Part shown: positions 36,933 through 46,986 of the stretch, in pieces
How the letters are laid out: each line of letters opens with the position of its first letter
Position numbering within the stretch: position 1 is the first letter of the stretch
DNA from: an uncultured bacterium
GTDB lineage: Bacteria; Cyanobacteriota; Vampirovibrionia; Gastranaerophilales; Gastranaerophilaceae
Assembly (NCBI GenBank): GCA_949286705.1
Contig: CASEDF010000006.1
Span: 181,809-245,808, forward strand
Length of the DNA: 64,000 nt
Direction of reading: 5' to 3'
Notes under the pieces: model-generated
The model's input: only the letters and a program-made list of their open reading frames with translations
The model's database searches: none
What the model was told of the DNA's origin: nothing
Program-made: the position numbers and the translations under genes

Positions 36933-37456
36933 TGCTGGACGGGAATTTTACTCAAAATGTTTTGATGTTTCCCACAGTGCGTCCGTATCCGTTGCATCCT
37001 CAGGAAACCTCGGGTGTTGGTCAAGGTGCGCAGGCTATTTACAGATATTCACTAAAAGATTCGGATTATCCTATTTTGAGCATTGTTGATAAAATTACCG
37101 ATCCCGACGGCAACACAATTTCCCCGGGGCATTATGAACTCGCGCTTTCCGATGAATGGGATTTCTTGATCCTTATGCAGACTAAAAATCCCGTTGCAAT
37201 TATTCCTGTTTTTAAAGTTGAAGAAGATAAAGAAGCTTTCAACAGAGAATTTGACAAAGACTACCAGAAAATAAAGAAAAAACGGGAAGAAGAACGCGCT
37301 AAAACCAATAAACAACGTGCCGAAGTGGGTATGCCGCCTGACGAAGAAAAAATTCATATGCGTGCTACAATAGAATATATAAAAAACGGAAATTATTACC
37401 TGATAAAATATGAACGCGGTACAATCCGCGCCTGGGGAGCAATCAAAAGCTTATAA
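36932..37456 (+). CDS. Hypothetical protein translationally coupled to rnpA
   Basis: 174 aa. Its ATG overlaps the rnpA stop (TAATG). No TM segment, Lys/Glu-rich central helix, no recognisable motif. Confidence 0.5.
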   Translation: MLDGNFTQNVLMFPTVRPYPLHPQETSGVGQGAQAIYRYSLKDSDYPILSIVDKITDPDGNTISPGHYELALSDEWDFLILMQTKNPVAIIPVFKVEEDKEAFNREFDKDYQKIKKKREEERAKTNKQRAEVGMPPDEEKIHMRATIEYIKNGNYYLIKYERGTIRAWGAIKSL

Positions 37457-37465
37457 GGGGAAATT

Positions 37466-38572
37466 ATGCAGCAAACAATCCAAAAACGTGAAATGCTTAA
37501 TTATATAAATGTTTTCAGAGGTCTTGCAATTCTGTTAATAGTTGTCGGACACACCATGCAAATGGGAAATCCTGACAGCTGGATTAACAACATTGCATTT
37601 GAAATATTTACCGGCGGAACTGCTCTTTTCATTTTTATTTCAGGTTTTTTATTCCAGCATTTGTCTGACAGATATGAATACAAAACTTACTTAAAAAAGA
37701 AATGGACAAATGTCATTTTGCCATATATAATCACGGCACTTCCCGGTATAATATTATGCTTTACAATGCCGATAGCTTACGGCAACCCTTTTGACGGGTT
37801 AAACCCGCTTGCGCAAATCGGAATATTCTTGACTACCGGACGCGTCCAAAACGTTCCGACATGGTATATTCCTATGATTTGTATTTTCTTTCTGCTTGCA
37901 GATATATTTTTAATTTTAGAAAAAAAGAAAATACTTTATAAATTTTTACCGCTTTTATTTTTAATAACACTTTTAATCCCGAGAATGACGCTTGAACCGG
38001 AAAATGTCCTCGGATTGAGCTATTCTGCCAAATATTTGGAATATATAAAATATGTTCTGAACGGATTTGTGCATTTTGCATCAATGTATATTCTGGGAAT
38101 GTATTTTTCCGCATATAAAGATAAAATTACTGTATGCTATAACAAACGATGGCTTTTAATTTCATTAATGCTTTTAACTTCAGCAATTGATATTTATCTT
38201 CTGCATAACTTCGGAATATCAAACGGCACGATTTCTAAAATATTTTTGACTCTTATTGTTTTAGGGTATCTAAAACATTACGATGAGCCGATTAAAAACT
38301 GCAAATGGTTTAACTGCAGCATGGATATGATTGCGAAATACAGCTTTTCAATATTTTTTGTTCACTGGTACATATTTTTTGCGTTCAATCAATTATTTAA
38401 TACCCCAAAAGTTTTGCCTGTAAATAGTCCTGAAGAATTCAGTGCCGCGATTTTTATTGCAACAACAAGATTTATTGCGGTTACAGGAATAAGTTTGGGT
38501 ATACTTGTAGGCTTAAAAAAATTGCTTGTCAAATTTCAGGTACAAAATACCAGATCAATCATCGGAGTATAA
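37466..38572 (+). CDS. Acyltransferase-3 family membrane protein (O-acyltransferase)
   Basis: 368 aa with ~10 TM segments and an N-terminal FRGLAILLIVVGH motif. Confidence 0.8.
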   Translation: MQQTIQKREMLNYINVFRGLAILLIVVGHTMQMGNPDSWINNIAFEIFTGGTALFIFISGFLFQHLSDRYEYKTYLKKKWTNVILPYIITALPGIILCFTMPIAYGNPFDGLNPLAQIGIFLTTGRVQNVPTWYIPMICIFFLLADIFLILEKKKILYKFLPLLFLITLLIPRMTLEPENVLGLSYSAKYLEYIKYVLNGFVHFASMYILGMYFSAYKDKITVCYNKRWLLISLMLLTSAIDIYLLHNFGISNGTISKIFLTLIVLGYLKHYDEPIKNCKWFNCSMDMIAKYSFSIFFVHWYIFFAFNQLFNTPKVLPVNSPEEFSAAIFIATTRFIAVTGISLGILVGLKKLLVKFQVQNTRSIIGV

Positions 38573-39208
38573 AAATTGATTTTCAACATCTGTAGGGATA
38601 TCTCTATACCAAGCAATATCTTTTCTGATAATTTTAGCTGGAGTTCCGGCATATATTGCATCTGAAATAGCACAATCTTTATTAACCAAACTTTTAGACG
38701 CAATTACAACATTATCTGCTATATGAACACCTTTATATACATTAACATCTTTTGCAAGCCAAACATGATTACCAATTTTTATACTCTTGCCTAAATTTAC
38801 GACCCCGCCCGTATGTTTATCAATTATCGCATGCGAATCCGTTGTTCTGATCTGAACTCTATTTGCAGTCATCACATCTTCACCTATGTCAATTGATAGA
38901 TTTGGTTCTTTAGATAACAATAAAATAACACCTACACATGAAAAATTTTTTCCGATGCATAATTTACTATTATCAGCCTGAGCTTCAATTCTTAAACCAC
39001 TCAGCTTATATGTTGAACTTTGAATTTCAATATTACAATTTGAACCTATTATCATTTTTGAACGTCTGAACTTTAAAGGCTGATGCAAAATAACAGTAGA
39101 ATTTTTCCCCAGGAATTTAATTCGACATCCTTTTATTCCTCTCAAACTGAATACTCTTTTCTTTTTACCTTTTTGATTTATTATATATATTTTATTTCCT
39201 TTAAACAT
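38555..39208 (-). CDS. Hexapeptide-repeat (left-handed beta-helix) acetyltransferase
   Basis: 217 aa with IGNHVWLAKDVNVYKGVHIADNVVIASKSLV hexapeptide repeats. Confidence 0.75.
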   Translation of the reverse strand: MFKGNKIYIINQKGKKKRVFSLRGIKGCRIKFLGKNSTVILHQPLKFRRSKMIIGSNCNIEIQSSTYKLSGLRIEAQADNSKLCIGKNFSCVGVILLLSKEPNLSIDIGEDVMTANRVQIRTTDSHAIIDKHTGGVVNLGKSIKIGNHVWLAKDVNVYKGVHIADNVVIASKSLVNKDCAISDAIYAGTPAKIIRKDIAWYRDIPTDVENQFLYSDD

Positions 39209-40445
39209 TTATAATCTTCTCCAATAAATCAACAACTTTTTCCGATGCATGACCATTTTCAATACATCTTTTATTTTCTAAAAATTCTTCAACTTTATCT
39301 TTATATTCTTTCTCGTCAAAATTCAAAATATTTTTATTTAACGTATCATTATCAACAGCTATAGGAAATGGTGTTGACTCAAGAGGATAATAAAATCCCG
39401 GATTGATCTCGTACTCTTTTAAATCCTTTGCAAAAATAAAACATGGTTTTCTTGACAGCATAAAATCAAACATACAGCTTGAATAATCACTTATCATAAA
39501 ATCGCTTACCAGCATTAATTCTTGTATATCACCATATTTTGTAACATCGACTATGTTGCGGGATTTAGGTATATGCAAATTTGTCATTTCATGATGTAAT
39601 CGGGTAAATATAACAAATTTACAATTATATTTTCTTTCAAAAGTATTCAAAATATTAAGATAATCAATATCATAACAATCATTATTTTTTAAGCTACTTC
39701 TAAAAGTCGGAGCAAATAAAATTATTTTTGCACCCGGTTCTACGTTATACAATTTGAAAATTTTATTTTTAATCTCTGCTATTTGCTCGTTTGATTTAAA
39801 AAACACATCATTGCGGGGATGACCAATATGTAAAATATTTCGATTCGGGAGTCTGTGTTCAAATACCATATCATCAACATCAGAATTCGATAATAAATAA
39901 TCCACAAAAGATACATCTTTTTGTGTCAAATCAATATATTGATTTGATATATCAACAGCGCTATCCAGACCTATCTTTTTGATTCCCAAAGAGCCATGCC
40001 ATGTTTGAATATAAATCTGGTCTTTTTTCTTACACAAACCTTTTTTAACATGATAAAGCTTTGCCTGATTATCAACCCATACTTTTGCTGTTGCCAGCTC
40101 TTTTAGTGCCTTTTTACTTTTATAATCAACCAATCTTACTTGCGGAGGAAATTCAGAAAAATCAATTTCACGTGAATTCTTATCAACTAACCATACAAGC
40201 TCAAAAGAATTTCCCCCCCTGTTTAACATCTCCTCGGCGATATATTTAGGATTACATCCGTACCCGCGTTTGCCTTTGGCATTACAGAAAACAATTTTGT
40301 TATTTTGAACAGGTAAATTTTTGTAATGTTCAAAATTTTTTGTCATATCATAACAAAAATTCAACCCTAATATTGTAAAGCTTTTCTTTGTTCCTTCATT
40401 TTTTACAGAAAAAATCCAATTCAAAAAATGTTTATTTTTCATCAT
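39201..40445 (-). CDS. CDP-glycerol/ribitol glycerophosphotransferase family protein (TagB/TagF type)
   Basis: 414 aa. The layout LFAPTFR...YSSCMFDFMLSRKPCIFFAKD is typical of the Glyphos_transf domain. Confidence 0.75.
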   Translation of the reverse strand: MMKNKHFLNWIFSVKNEGTKKSFTILGLNFCYDMTKNFEHYKNLPVQNNKIVFCNAKGKRGYGCNPKYIAEEMLNRGGNSFELVWLVDKNSREIDFSEFPPQVRLVDYKSKKALKELATAKVWVDNQAKLYHVKKGLCKKKDQIYIQTWHGSLGIKKIGLDSAVDISNQYIDLTQKDVSFVDYLLSNSDVDDMVFEHRLPNRNILHIGHPRNDVFFKSNEQIAEIKNKIFKLYNVEPGAKIILFAPTFRSSLKNNDCYDIDYLNILNTFERKYNCKFVIFTRLHHEMTNLHIPKSRNIVDVTKYGDIQELMLVSDFMISDYSSCMFDFMLSRKPCFIFAKDLKEYEINPGFYYPLESTPFPIAVDNDTLNKNILNFDEKEYKDKVEEFLENKRCIENGHASEKVVDLLEKIINV

Positions 40446-41473
40446 TGCATCCTTTCTATAAGACGGTCATACATCTCAATTAAGCCTATTTTTGCTTTCC
40501 AGCCTAAAGAGGTAATTTTTGAAACATCTAAAGATAATTTAAAACGGGGAAGATAGAACTTATTATTTAATTCTATTTTAATATTTGAATCGGAGTATTT
40601 TTCACACAGCATCTCTGCCATCTGTCTTATTGAACAATTTGTTTCAGGATTTGCAAGATTGTAGATTTCGCCGTTATCGCCTTTTTCTAGCAAAACAAAA
40701 ATACCTGATATTGCATCTGTTACATAACAATAATCTCTTACGCTTTCACCTGTTGTATGCAATATTATATCCTCTTTTTTTACAATACTTCTGGCAAACT
40801 GTGCAAATACACGGTTATCATCAAACGGTACGCCGGAACCTATTACCTGACATAATCTTGCGACTTTTACAGGAATATCGTATTCTTGAGAATAACAATA
40901 ACACATATTTTCAGCTAAACGTTTGCCCTCTGGATATGAACTTCTTAGACTTTGCAAATTTATATAACCATAATCAGTTTCCTTTAACGGCTCAGCCTTA
41001 TCAATCGTTCCGTATACTTCTATTGATGACAAATAAACTACACTTCTAACCTTAACTGTCTTTGCATACTCCAATATATTTTTTGTACCTGAAACAATTG
41101 AATTTATAGTTTCTGCCGGTTGTTCAACAAAACTTCTTGAAGATGTACCGTTTGCGGTATGAATTATATAATCAGCCTTATCGGATATTTCCAAAGGTTC
41201 TGTGATATCCTGAACAACAAATTTCAATTTGCTGCTTTTAATATCTTTAAATTTTTTCTCGGCTTTTTCTTTATTTCTTATAAGCGCCAATATATTAATA
41301 TTAGTGTTAAATTTTTCATTAGCCAGCAAAATTGCCGTCACGATTTGATAACCGATAAGACCTGTGGCACCTGTAACTAAGATTGTCGAATTTTTAAAAT
41401 ATTCCCAATTAATAAATTCGGAAAAGACAATTTCTTCTGTATCCAATTCTTCTATTTTGTCATGAAATTTCAC
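40442..41473 (-). CDS. NAD-dependent epimerase/dehydratase-family SDR
   Basis: 343 aa with VTGATGLIGYQI and YPEGK (YxxxK). Overlaps the neighbouring genes by 4 nt on both sides. Confidence 0.8.
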   Translation of the reverse strand: MKFHDKIEELDTEEIVFSEFINWEYFKNSTILVTGATGLIGYQIVTAILLANEKFNTNINILALIRNKEKAEKKFKDIKSSKLKFVVQDITEPLEISDKADYIIHTANGTSSRSFVEQPAETINSIVSGTKNILEYAKTVKVRSVVYLSSIEVYGTIDKAEPLKETDYGYINLQSLRSSYPEGKRLAENMCYCYSQEYDIPVKVARLCQVIGSGVPFDDNRVFAQFARSIVKKEDIILHTTGESVRDYCYVTDAISGIFVLLEKGDNGEIYNLANPETNCSIRQMAEMLCEKYSDSNIKIELNNKFYLPRFKLSLDVSKITSLGWKAKIGLIEMYDRLIERMQ

Positions 41474-42237
41474 TGTTGCCCTCCGTCAATCTTATCCAGA
41501 CCAAAAGCTTCTATATCTTCTTTGTATCTGATAAGCGCACGCAAAATATACAAATCTTCAATTGTTGTAATTTTTATATTACCTCTGTTACCACTTATCA
41601 TAGATGGTGATAGTCCTTGCTTTTTCATTAAAGTACAAGAATCAATAATATCAATATAATCAGGATTATCAATCCGCTCTTTTTCATGAGCCTCAAGAAT
41701 ATCCTTTAATACAAAAGTTTGCGGAGCCTGAGCCGTATAAGTTTCACTTCTATACGGAACACTTGTAGGAGTATCACCTGATTTGCTTATCAAAATAGTT
41801 TCATAACAAGGGGTACAGGTTATGGAAGATCCATGAATTCCGGCATTTTCTATATTTTTATTAATAACCTCCTGCGTGATATTAGGTCTTACGCCGTCAT
41901 GAATTAACACAAGAGATTCTGCCGAATTCTCCGCCAGCGCCAACTTTAATGCTTTATAAATCGAATCCTGTCCGGTCGCCCCGCCTTCAATTATACCAGC
42001 GACTTTTGACAGATGATAATATTTAACAAGTTCTTTCATATATTCTAAATGCGTGGGAACTATTGCAATATAAATTTTATCAATATTTTCATTGCGCTGA
42101 AACAATTCTAATGTATGAATAATTATAGGCTTATCATTAACCTTTAGAAATTGCTTTGGTGTTGAATCACTCCCGTTTAATCGTTTTCCGACACCGCCTG
42201 CGAATATTATTGCAATATTTTTCGATTCTTTATTCAT
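41470..42237 (-). CDS. IspD/TarI-family cytidylyltransferase (CDP-polyol synthesis)
   Basis: 255 aa with IIFAGGVGKRL and VLIHDGVRP motifs. Confidence 0.8.
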   Translation of the reverse strand: MNKESKNIAIIFAGGVGKRLNGSDSTPKQFLKVNDKPIIIHTLELFQRNENIDKIYIAIVPTHLEYMKELVKYYHLSKVAGIIEGGATGQDSIYKALKLALAENSAESLVLIHDGVRPNITQEVINKNIENAGIHGSSITCTPCYETILISKSGDTPTSVPYRSETYTAQAPQTFVLKDILEAHEKERIDNPDYIDIIDSCTLMKKQGLSPSMISGNRGNIKITTIEDLYILRALIRYKEDIEAFGLDKIDGGQQ

Positions 42238-44083
42238 TTAAACCTGCCTTTAATTGTTCAATTAGAAACTTTTCTTCATCCGTCAATTCAATATACATAC
42301 TATGCCCGAATCCGATTTTTTTAGGATAAGCCATATAATCACCATACACTCTTTTTAAAAATGCATCAGCATTGTTCATACAGGAAAATTCAGATCCCTC
42401 GAATGTTATTGTTTTTAACGGGAATATTACATTGTAATTTGTAAACCAATTATCCCATCTGTGGTGGTAATCTATTCCCCATACCAGATCACAGTCCTCA
42501 GGATTTTCAGAAATAACATTAGTTAAAATTTCTTTAACACGTATATTATCAATTATTTCTTTTAATTCACTGTCAGGGCAATCAAAAGATATCGTATTTT
42601 TTAATCTGTTTATAATTCCTTTAATATACAAAGATTTCTCAAGCTGCTCATTCACAGACATTGCCTTACCCCAAAAATCAAAGGGAAAAATATCCACAAA
42701 CAAAAACGGCAGTTTTTTGTGCTGAACCTTAATCATATATTGAGCGGGATTTTTGGCATCTCTTACATAACCTGCAAATATATCGGGATTTCTTGAAAAC
42801 TTTTTAAAAGCCTCTATAACTTTTTCATAATCACATCTCAACATTGCGGTATCTATATCATCATCCCACGGGATGAATCCTTTATGCCTTATGGCTCCGA
42901 TAGCCGTTCCTGCATCCAACCAGTATTTCAATCCGCTTTGCTTACATACATAATCAAGCTCTTTCAAAAGAGTCAGATTTGCCAGCTGTATATCTCTTAT
43001 TTGACCCGTTGCAGGAGGGAGGGTTGTTATATCAATATTGTTCTTTTTATAATAGTAATATGCATTTTCACTTCTCAGTTTCGCAAATTTTCTTTTCGGA
43101 TATTTTATTTTTATGCCGAAAATTTTTACAATACGATGAGTTTCGCCATAATCTTCCATTGAAAATATATTTTTTAAATTAGGTTGTAAATATGTATACC
43201 ACAATGCTTTATAAAACATCGGACGCAGCAAAAAAAGCGGTCTGTATTTAAAATATGCTATTAAAGATGCAATTTGGTTATCTTTTGTCCAATGTTTTAA
43301 TTCTTCGGGAGAAAGTTTCCAGGGTGTCATTTGCAAATATTTGAAATATAAATTTCTGTGATAACTAAAAGACGCATAATGCCAAGGCTTTAATTTTGCC
43401 GTAAAATGAATTATTTTAGGATTATTTGTATAGCTTGAACGATTTGTAAAGTTACTGGATTGAACATTCCATTCATCTTCTACCACCAGAATATTGCCCC
43501 TGCACACTTCATTAATAATTTCCTGATCACCGGTTCTAATGTTATTAGTATGCGATTTCGCCCATTCTAAAAACTTTTCTTCAATATTTTGCTTACGCAT
43601 ATTATCCAAATCCATTACGAGCATGCCTGCATTAACATAAGTAGGATTATTTTTAACCATTTTCTTTTTAATATCAGAAACGCCGGCTAATGGCTTTTCG
43701 CCGAGTTTTTTATTAAATAAACCGGATAACGAGGTCGTGACAATCATATCACAATCCAGATAAATAATTCTTGATACATCCGGTAAAAGAGACGGTAATT
43801 TTAACCTGTAATAACTCGCGAGCGTGATATACTTGTGAGATTTTACCTGCTTGTAATCTTCAAATAATCTTTCATCTATATCAATAAATTTGATATCACA
43901 GGGTTTAATTGATTTAAGAGAAAGAATTTCGGACTTTCTGGTTTCGCTTATCCCGCCGTCCAGTATGTAAAAAGTTAAATCATCATCAGATTTTGCATTT
44001 GCCAAAACAGATGCTATAACAACTCCGGCATATTTTGAATAATTATCATCACACGCTAAACATACATTAATACTATCTGACAT
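42230..44083 (-). CDS. Fusion protein: N-terminal family-8 glycosyltransferase plus C-terminal LicD-family phosphotransferase
   Basis: 617 aa. GT8 part has NVCLACDDNYSKYAGV, YLDCDMIV, DQEIIN. LicD part has YWLDAGTAIGAIRHKGFIPWDDDIDTAM. Confidence 0.75.
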   Translation of the reverse strand: MSDSINVCLACDDNYSKYAGVVIASVLANAKSDDDLTFYILDGGISETRKSEILSLKSIKPCDIKFIDIDERLFEDYKQVKSHKYITLASYYRLKLPSLLPDVSRIIYLDCDMIVTTSLSGLFNKKLGEKPLAGVSDIKKKMVKNNPTYVNAGMLVMDLDNMRKQNIEEKFLEWAKSHTNNIRTGDQEIINEVCRGNILVVEDEWNVQSSNFTNRSSYTNNPKIIHFTAKLKPWHYASFSYHRNLYFKYLQMTPWKLSPEELKHWTKDNQIASLIAYFKYRPLFLLRPMFYKALWYTYLQPNLKNIFSMEDYGETHRIVKIFGIKIKYPKRKFAKLRSENAYYYYKKNNIDITTLPPATGQIRDIQLANLTLLKELDYVCKQSGLKYWLDAGTAIGAIRHKGFIPWDDDIDTAMLRCDYEKVIEAFKKFSRNPDIFAGYVRDAKNPAQYMIKVQHKKLPFLFVDIFPFDFWGKAMSVNEQLEKSLYIKGIINRLKNTISFDCPDSELKEIIDNIRVKEILTNVISENPEDCDLVWGIDYHHRWDNWFTNYNVIFPLKTITFEGSEFSCMNNADAFLKRVYGDYMAYPKKIGFGHSMYIELTDEEKFLIEQLKAGLNE

Positions 44084-44181
44084 CCTAATCCCTTGATATA
44101 CACTTTAAAAGCTCTTGAATTAATTATGTTCCACTTTTATTACAATGTCAAGCATATATTAAGCTGCAAAATTAAGCATAC

Positions 44182-44211
44182 TTGACAATAAGTTTTTATG
44201 GCACATAATAT
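44182..44211 (+). promoter_or_regulatory. Candidate promoter of tRNA-fMet
   Basis: TTGACA 44182-44187, then 18 nt, then TAATAT 44206-44211, ~17 nt before the tRNA. Confidence 0.4.
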
Positions 44212-44227
44212 AAATATAAATAACTAA

Positions 44228-44304
<77 letters not shown>

Positions 44305-44307
44305 TTT

Positions 44308-44345
44308 AAAGAGGTTTTAGACAAATGTCTGAAACCTCTTTGTAT
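44308..44345 (+). terminator. Hairpin terminator after tRNA-fMet
   Basis: aaagaggttt ... aaacctcttt 10-bp stem with an inner agaca/tgtct stem. Confidence 0.6.
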
Positions 44346-44471
44346 TAAACAACTTTTTAAAAATATTATACCTTCCAAGCATATTTTGACATACAATATA
44401 GGTATTTGCTATTCTTCAACAAATAATACATAATGATTATATAGACAATTTGCAAAGTACAGGAGACAATT

Positions 44472-45494
44472 ATGTTGAAAAAACTTTTGATTTCCGTAAT
44501 GACGCTAATTATAGGAGGTACAATGAGTATGGCAAGCGATTGGGATAAAACCTTCCCGCAAAGTGACAAGGTTGAGGTTAAAAAAGTAAGTTTTAAAAAC
44601 AGATACGGTATTACGCTCGTTGGAGATTTATATATACCAAAAAATAAATCGACTGAAAAAATGGCTGCAATAGCAGTTGCAGGACCTTTTGGCGCAGTAA
44701 AAGAACAGGCATCCGGCTTATACGCACAAAAAATGGCGGAAAGGGGATTTATAACTTTAGCATTTGACCCGTCATATACCGGCGAAAGCAGCGGAGAGCC
44801 GAGGCACGTTTCTTCGCCCGAAATTAACACGGAAGATTTTAGTGCGGCAGTTGACTTTTTAGTTAACCAACCCGATGTAGATCCACAAAAAATAGGTATA
44901 ATCGGAATTTGCGGATTCGGCGGTTTCGGTTTGAATGCAGCGGCTATTGATACAAGGATTAAAGCAACAGTACCTGTTACTATGTATGACATGACACGTG
45001 TTACCGCAAACGGCTACTTTGATTCAATGGATGCAGATGCCCGTTATGCACTTAAAGAAACTCTAAATAAGCAGCGAACAGAAGATTTTAAAAATAAAAC
45101 TTATGCAAAAGCTTCCGGATTGCCGGAAAAACTTACAGGCGAAGAACCCCAATTCGTTAAGGATTACTACGGATATTATAAGACACCGCGGGGATTTCAC
45201 AAACGTTCAATTAATTCCAACGGCAACTGGAATACTACGGCATCACTGGCATTAATTAATATGCCGATTTTAGCTTACAGTGATGAAATCAGAAATGCCG
45301 TATTAATGATTCATGGCGAAAAAGCTCACAGCAGATATTTTTCGGAAGATGCTTTTAAAAAATTAAAAGGCGATAATAAAGAATTGTATATTGTTGAAGG
45401 TGCAAACCATGTAGATTTATACGACAATCTTGACAAAATCCCGTTTGATAAAATTGAAAGTTTCTTTAGAACATACTTAAAGGAGAGTAAATAA
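44472..45494 (+). CDS. Exported alpha/beta-fold hydrolase
   Basis: 340 aa with signal peptide and nucleophile-elbow-like IGICGFGG. The antisense ORF 44366..44992 is rejected. Confidence 0.75.
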   Translation: MLKKLLISVMTLIIGGTMSMASDWDKTFPQSDKVEVKKVSFKNRYGITLVGDLYIPKNKSTEKMAAIAVAGPFGAVKEQASGLYAQKMAERGFITLAFDPSYTGESSGEPRHVSSPEINTEDFSAAVDFLVNQPDVDPQKIGIIGICGFGGFGLNAAAIDTRIKATVPVTMYDMTRVTANGYFDSMDADARYALKETLNKQRTEDFKNKTYAKASGLPEKLTGEEPQFVKDYYGYYKTPRGFHKRSINSNGNWNTTASLALINMPILAYSDEIRNAVLMIHGEKAHSRYFSEDAFKKLKGDNKELYIVEGANHVDLYDNLDKIPFDKIESFFRTYLKESK

Positions 45495-45946
45495 TGAAAA
45501 AAATATTATTGGTATCAATGGCAATAATATTAACAGGAGGTATAACTATGGCAACAGAATTAAATCAACCGTTTGCAAAAGGAGAACTTAATCCTTACAG
45601 CCAATTTTTTACAGGTACAACACATCTGAAAATGCTTGTTGAAAAAGATACTATCTGGAACTCTTCTATCGGTAACGTAACATTTGATAAAGGCGCAAGA
45701 ACCAACTGGCACAAACATTCCGGCGGGCAGCTTCTTCTTGTAACGGCAGGAGAAGGAAGATATCAGGCAAAAGGTAAAGAAATCCAAATTTTAAAAGCCG
45801 GCGATGTCGTAAAAATTCCTCCGGAAGTTGAGCACTGGCACGGTGCAGCTCCAGACAGTGACTTCGCTCATATTTCAATTGAGCCGAATCTTCCAAACAA
45901 TCAAACAATCTGGCTTGATGCTGTCACCGATGAAGAATATAAGTAG
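45494..45946 (+). CDS. Cupin-domain protein
   Basis: 150 aa with NWHKHSGGQLLLVTAGEG ... HWHGA cupin motifs. Confidence 0.8.
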   Translation: MKKILLVSMAIILTGGITMATELNQPFAKGELNPYSQFFTGTTHLKMLVEKDTIWNSSIGNVTFDKGARTNWHKHSGGQLLLVTAGEGRYQAKGKEIQILKAGDVVKIPPEVEHWHGAAPDSDFAHISIEPNLPNNQTIWLDAVTDEEYK

Positions 45947-45953
45947 GTGGTTT

Positions 45954-46793
45954 ATGTTAAAAAAAGTACTGACATTATTTTTAGTTGTATTGGTTTCGCA
46001 AAATTTCATATTTGCAACCGCGATACAAAATGAGGATAAAAATATGACAAGAACAGATATTTGTAAAAAAAATTATAAAATTCTTTTCCAAGGCGAAGCC
46101 TTGTCACCAACCGGCGATGATCCCGAAATGATGGCAATCTTACAAAAATATATTTTTGGAGAAATCTTTACTGTCGGAGAACTTGATATTAAAACCAGAG
46201 AACTTATAACGGTAACCTCTTTAGCTGTTCAGCAAACTTTGCCGCAATTAAAGGCACATATTAATGCAACTTTAAAAGTCGGGGTTACCCCGATTGAACT
46301 TCGAGAAGCAATTTATCAGCTTGCACCTTTTATCGGCTTTCCAAAAACTTTAAATGCTTTAAGTGTATTAAATGAAGTGCTTAAAGAAAGGGGAATTGAA
46401 ACACCGCTAAAATCGACTGCCGCCATAAACGAAGAAGAACGTTTTATAAAAGGTCTGGCAATTCAAAATCCTCTTTACGGCGATGAAATAAAACAAGCAA
46501 TGAAAGATCTGCCCGATGATATGGGTGCTGATGTTGCAAGATTTTTAACAGAAGTATGTTTCGGTGATTTTTATACAAGAGAAGGTCTTGACATTAAAAC
46601 ACGCGAATTACTTTTTGTCGCCGCTCTTGTAACAACAGGGAACAATACGACCTTGAAAAGTCACCTTAAAGGTTCCTTAAAAGCGGGAAATTCTAAAGAA
46701 ATTTTGACGGCTGCGATTATTCAATGCCTGCCTTATGTTGGTTTTCCTAACACTATAGCGGCGCTTAAATTATTAAAAGATACATTGAAATAA
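45954..46793 (+). CDS. Carboxymuconolactone decarboxylase (AhpD-like) family protein, two repeats
   Basis: Two CMD repeats (LDIKTRELITV..., LDIKTRELLFV...). ATG 45954 follows SD AGGTGG inside ORF 45828..46793. Confidence 0.8.
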   Translation: MLKKVLTLFLVVLVSQNFIFATAIQNEDKNMTRTDICKKNYKILFQGEALSPTGDDPEMMAILQKYIFGEIFTVGELDIKTRELITVTSLAVQQTLPQLKAHINATLKVGVTPIELREAIYQLAPFIGFPKTLNALSVLNEVLKERGIETPLKSTAAINEEERFIKGLAIQNPLYGDEIKQAMKDLPDDMGADVARFLTEVCFGDFYTREGLDIKTRELLFVAALVTTGNNTTLKSHLKGSLKAGNSKEILTAAIIQCLPYVGFPNTIAALKLLKDTLK

Positions 46794-46832
46794 TTATAAT
46801 CTAAAGTGTTATCAATACAAAAGCAAAAAACG

Positions 46833-46862
46833 TAAGCAGTCCGAAAGCTGCTTATGTTTTTT
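46833..46862 (+). terminator. Rho-independent terminator of the hydrolase/cupin/CMD operon
   Basis: taagcag-tccgaaag-ctgctta stem followed by tgtttttt. Confidence 0.65.
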
Positions 46863-46986
46863 GAGCATTATCATACAACAATCCGCATAAATTTACTTAA
46901 TTGTATATTTTTATAACTTACCCTGTTGTCTATATTTCTTTTTTTTATTTTTATGATAATATCAAATTGAATACCGAGGTGATATT

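Noticed and set aside
44366-44992. 208-aa ORF on the minus strand
   Set aside because: It is antisense to a well-supported alpha/beta hydrolase gene and has low-complexity composition. The same reasoning was applied to other long antisense ORFs (5993..6355, 32061..32423, 40585..41049, 56865..57338, 60914..61276).
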